Positions 19,155 to 21,760 of a stretch of 21,760 bases of DNA are shown one piece after another. The position numbers were made by a program, and so were the translations under genes. The notes under the pieces were generated by a model. The model was not told the origin of the DNA, did no database searches, and was given only the letters and a program-made list of their open reading frames with translations. The stretch is from Octopus sinensis (taxonomy: Eukaryota). Location: NCBI RefSeq assembly GCF_006345805.1, contig NW_021823720.1, forward strand, positions 1-21,760, in the 5' to 3' direction. How positions within the stretch are numbered: the first letter of the stretch is position 1; each line of letters opens with the position of its first letter.

Positions 19155-19512
19155 GGCGTTAGAAATATTTGTGAAAATGCAAATTAGGTTCGTAGAAATA
19201 TTAGTAGAACCTGTGGAAATGTTGGCAAATTTGTGGAAATAATAGTGGGGTCTTTTCTAGTAGAATAAGCGGAAGTGTTATCAACGTCTGTCAAAATGTT
19301 TAAAAGTTTTGTGGGAATGTAGAAATTACTTAATGCAAATGATATCAAGAAATGTGAATATATCAGGAATATTTCCGGGTATTTTTTTTTTATTTTATTT
19401 TAACTAGTTTCAGCTTACGAGCTGTGGCCATGCGGAGCACCGCCATTATATGCTTAAAAGATTTGTAGAAATGTAGAAATATTTCTTGGAAATGATACCA
19501 GAACATGTGGGA
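19155..19512. repeat. Cryptic degenerate repeat of a TGTRGAAATRTT-like motif
   Basis: More than ten recognisable motif variants, e.g. at 19159, 19191, 19212, 19232, 19318, 19464 and 19473. Confidence 0.65.
19381..19444 (-). mobile_element. Severely 5'-truncated SINE/LINE 3'-tail with A-rich end
   Basis: T-rich run followed by TAACTAGTTTCAGCTTACGAGCTGTGGCCATGCGGAGCACCGCC. Confidence 0.7.
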
Positions 19513-19689
19513 CCACTAAACCTTTTACATCAAACACACTTATTAAACACAAAACACTTTCCATTCATATTTTTTCCAACAGGTCATTTGGGTGTACCCG
19601 GCGTAATTATTCCTGATAACGTCAGAATTTAGAAATACGTTAATTTCCGGTTTTATAGGAAATTATTTTGTCAAAATGTCGGGGGTTTA

Positions 19690-19930
19690 GGGAGTTTATT
19701 GGATTCTTGTCGTTCTTCTGATTGTTGTAGCTGTTGTTGCTCTGACTGATGTAGCCGCAAATGCTGTTGTTGTTGTTGTTGTTTGTAATTATTGTCGTGG
19801 TTGCCGTAGTTAATTTGGTTGTTGCTATGGTGCTTGTTCGCTGTTGTCATTGTTGTGACTAATCTGGTTGTGTTTGTTCTTCTTGTTCTTGCTGCTGTAG
19901 TCGTCGTTGTTGTTATTGTATTGTTATTGT
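19690..19930. repeat. Degenerate (GTT)n tract
   Basis: Read directly; abuts the SINE head at 19932. Confidence 0.8.
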
Positions 19931-19931
19931 T

Positions 19932-20105
19932 AGGCGCAGGAGTGGCTGTGTGGTAAGTAGCTTGCTTACCAACCACATGGTTCCGGGTTCAATCCCACTG
20001 CGTGGCACCTTGATCAAGTGTCTTTTACGATAGCCTTGATCCAACGAAAGCCTCGTCAGTGGATTTGGTAGATGGAAACTGAAAGAAGCCCGTCGTATAT
20101 GTGCA

Positions 20106-20162
<57 letters not shown>

Positions 20163-20445
20163 CTATATATATTATATATATATAATATGTATGTATGTAT
20201 GGTATGTATGTGTGTGGTATATGTTTGTGTGTCTGTGTTTGTCCCTTCAACATTGCTTGACAACCGATACTGGTGTGTTTACGTCCCAGTAAATTAGCTG
20301 TTCGGCAAAAGAGACCGATAGAATAAGTACTAGGCTTACAAAGAATAAGTCCTGGGGGTCGATTTTCTCAAAGAAAGGCGCTGCTCCAGCATGGCCACAG
20401 ACCAAATGACTGAAACAAGTAAAAGAGTGAAAGAAAGAGTAAGAA
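19932..20445 (+). mobile_element. SINE family A, full length with expanded internal (TA)n/(TATG)n
   Basis: AGGCGCAGGAGTGGCTGTGTGG (A-box) ... GGTTCAATCCC (B-box) ... GAAACTGAAAGAAGCCCGTCG, about 130-bp microsatellite, 3' module ending GACTGAAACAAGTAAAAGAGT. Confidence 0.92.
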
Positions 20446-20451
20446 TATATA

Positions 20452-20684
20452 TACAGACGGGGGTGCAAAATTAGGTCGACACTAAGTATCAAATCGGTAT
20501 TATCATATTTAATTCCTTAAAATTTATTAATTCTTAAAATTGATTAGCCTCATTTTTGAGATTTTCAGTGTCATTAATCATAATAATACTTTTATCATGA
20601 CTTTTTAATTTTTTGATGAAAATAAATTAGTATTGTACGTGTTTTCTTTTTTCATAATTCTATACCAAATTTTCCACCCCCTTG

Positions 20685-20686
<2 letters not shown>
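20452..20686. mobile_element. Putative Tc1/mariner-type MITE (about 231 bp) with TA TSD
   Basis: Left TA|CAGACGGGGGTGCAAAATTAGGT; right end reverse complement TA|CAAGGGGGTGGAAAATTTGGT (16/18 match over GGGGGTG.AAAATT.GGT); AT-rich non-coding interior. Confidence 0.7.
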
Positions 20687-20719
<33 letters not shown>

Positions 20720-20735
20720 TTATGTGTATGTATAT

Positions 20736-21130
20736 TACTCTTTTATTCTTTTACTCTTTTACTTGTTTCAGTCATTTGACTGCGCCCATGCTGGAGCACC
20801 GCCTTTAGTCGAGCAAATCGACCCCCGAGACTTATTCTTTGCAAGCCCGGTCTCTTTTGCCCAACCGCTAAGTGACGGGGACGTAAACACCACATCGGTT
20901 GTCAGCAATGCTAGGGGGACAAACACAGACACACCCACACACCAACACACTACATATATAATACATATATACGACAGGCTTCTTTCAGTTTCCGTCTACC
21001 AAATCCACTCACATTGGTCGACCCGGGGCTATAGCAGGAGACACTTGCCCAAGATGCCACGCAGTGGGACTGCACCCGGAACCATGCGGTTGGTTAGCAA
21101 GCTACTTACCATACAGCCACTCCTGCGCCT
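20736..21130 (-). mobile_element. SINE family A, full length with small internal deletions
   Basis: Colinear with 11453-11848; tail (TACTCTTT)n, head ...CAGCCACTCCTGCGCCT. Confidence 0.92.
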
Positions 21131-21143
21131 ATATATATATATT

Positions 21144-21180
<37 letters not shown>

Positions 21181-21359
21181 TGGAAGGTTTGGAGATGATG
21201 TACAGTATTATATATTAGAAGAAATGAGGTAATCAGAAGATCGGATGGTTCATATTTATAGATATTTATTTATATATTACATTTTTTACATATATATATA
21301 ATCATATCATTCAGATTATTAGCGCTTTCTCCCATTCTAGTGGGGTTTTCAAATCAAAA

Positions 21360-21430
<71 letters not shown>

Positions 21431-21434
21431 GCAT

Positions 21435-21590
21435 GTGTGTATATGTTTGTGTGTCTGTGTTTGTCCCCCTAACATAGTTTGACAACCGATGCTTAGCGGT
21501 TTGGCATAAGAACCCATAGAATAAGTACTAGACTTACCAAGAATAAGTCCTGGAGTCGATTTGCTCCTGAAACAACTATAAGAGTAAAAG

Positions 21591-21593
<3 letters not shown>
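21435..21593 (+). mobile_element. SINE family A 3' half with two internal deletions
   Basis: GTGTCTGTGTTTGTCCCC...TTGACAACCGATGCT|TAGCGG (23 nt missing relative to the 11453 copy)...GATTTGCTC|CTGAAACAA (about 40 nt missing, including the left hairpin arm). It begins at a (TA)n tract. Confidence 0.8.
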
Positions 21594-21648
<55 letters not shown>

Positions 21649-21659
21649 GATAGATAGAT

Positions 21660-21717
<58 letters not shown>

Positions 21718-21718
21718 T
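21594..21718. repeat. (TA)n/(GATA)n microsatellite (similar runs at 21131-21180 and 21361-21430)
   Basis: Read directly. Confidence 0.95.
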
Positions 21719-21760
21719 TCAATAAGTGTCGCAGGTAGCCCGAATCTACAGCCACGTGCA

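Noticed and set aside
107-21517. The many I/Y/M/C/V/H/T-rich ORFs in the supplied track
   Set aside because: They are translations of (TA)n, (CA)n, (TATG)n and SINE sequence, open on both strands, with no domain content.

Overview
AT-rich eukaryotic DNA made almost entirely of repeats. The SINE families match those I recall from octopus genomes, so an octopod source is inferred, not verified. No host protein-coding gene can be called with confidence. Most ORFs in the supplied track are read-throughs of (TA)n, (CA)n, (TATG)n, (AAT)n, (CAT)n and (GGT)n tracts. The window holds about 20 copies or fragments of four tRNA-derived SINE families (my labels A-D), a decayed internally deleted mariner transposon (8946-9617), a decayed pre-RT fragment of an R4/Dong-like non-LTR element (9700-10085), a TA-flanked MITE (20452-20686), an unnamed repeat present twice, and large microsatellite fields, some with higher-order duplications. 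The most interesting signals are a 14-nt hairpin at SINE 3' ends showing compensatory base changes, a cluster of alternately oriented SINEs able to form dsRNA, apparent SINE targeting of microsatellite junctions, hammerhead-core-like motifs in the twice-present repeat, and minus-strand Thr-rich tracts with single splice signals (a possible but unproven mucin-like gene). I found no convincing new biological system. All identities are by-eye estimates.
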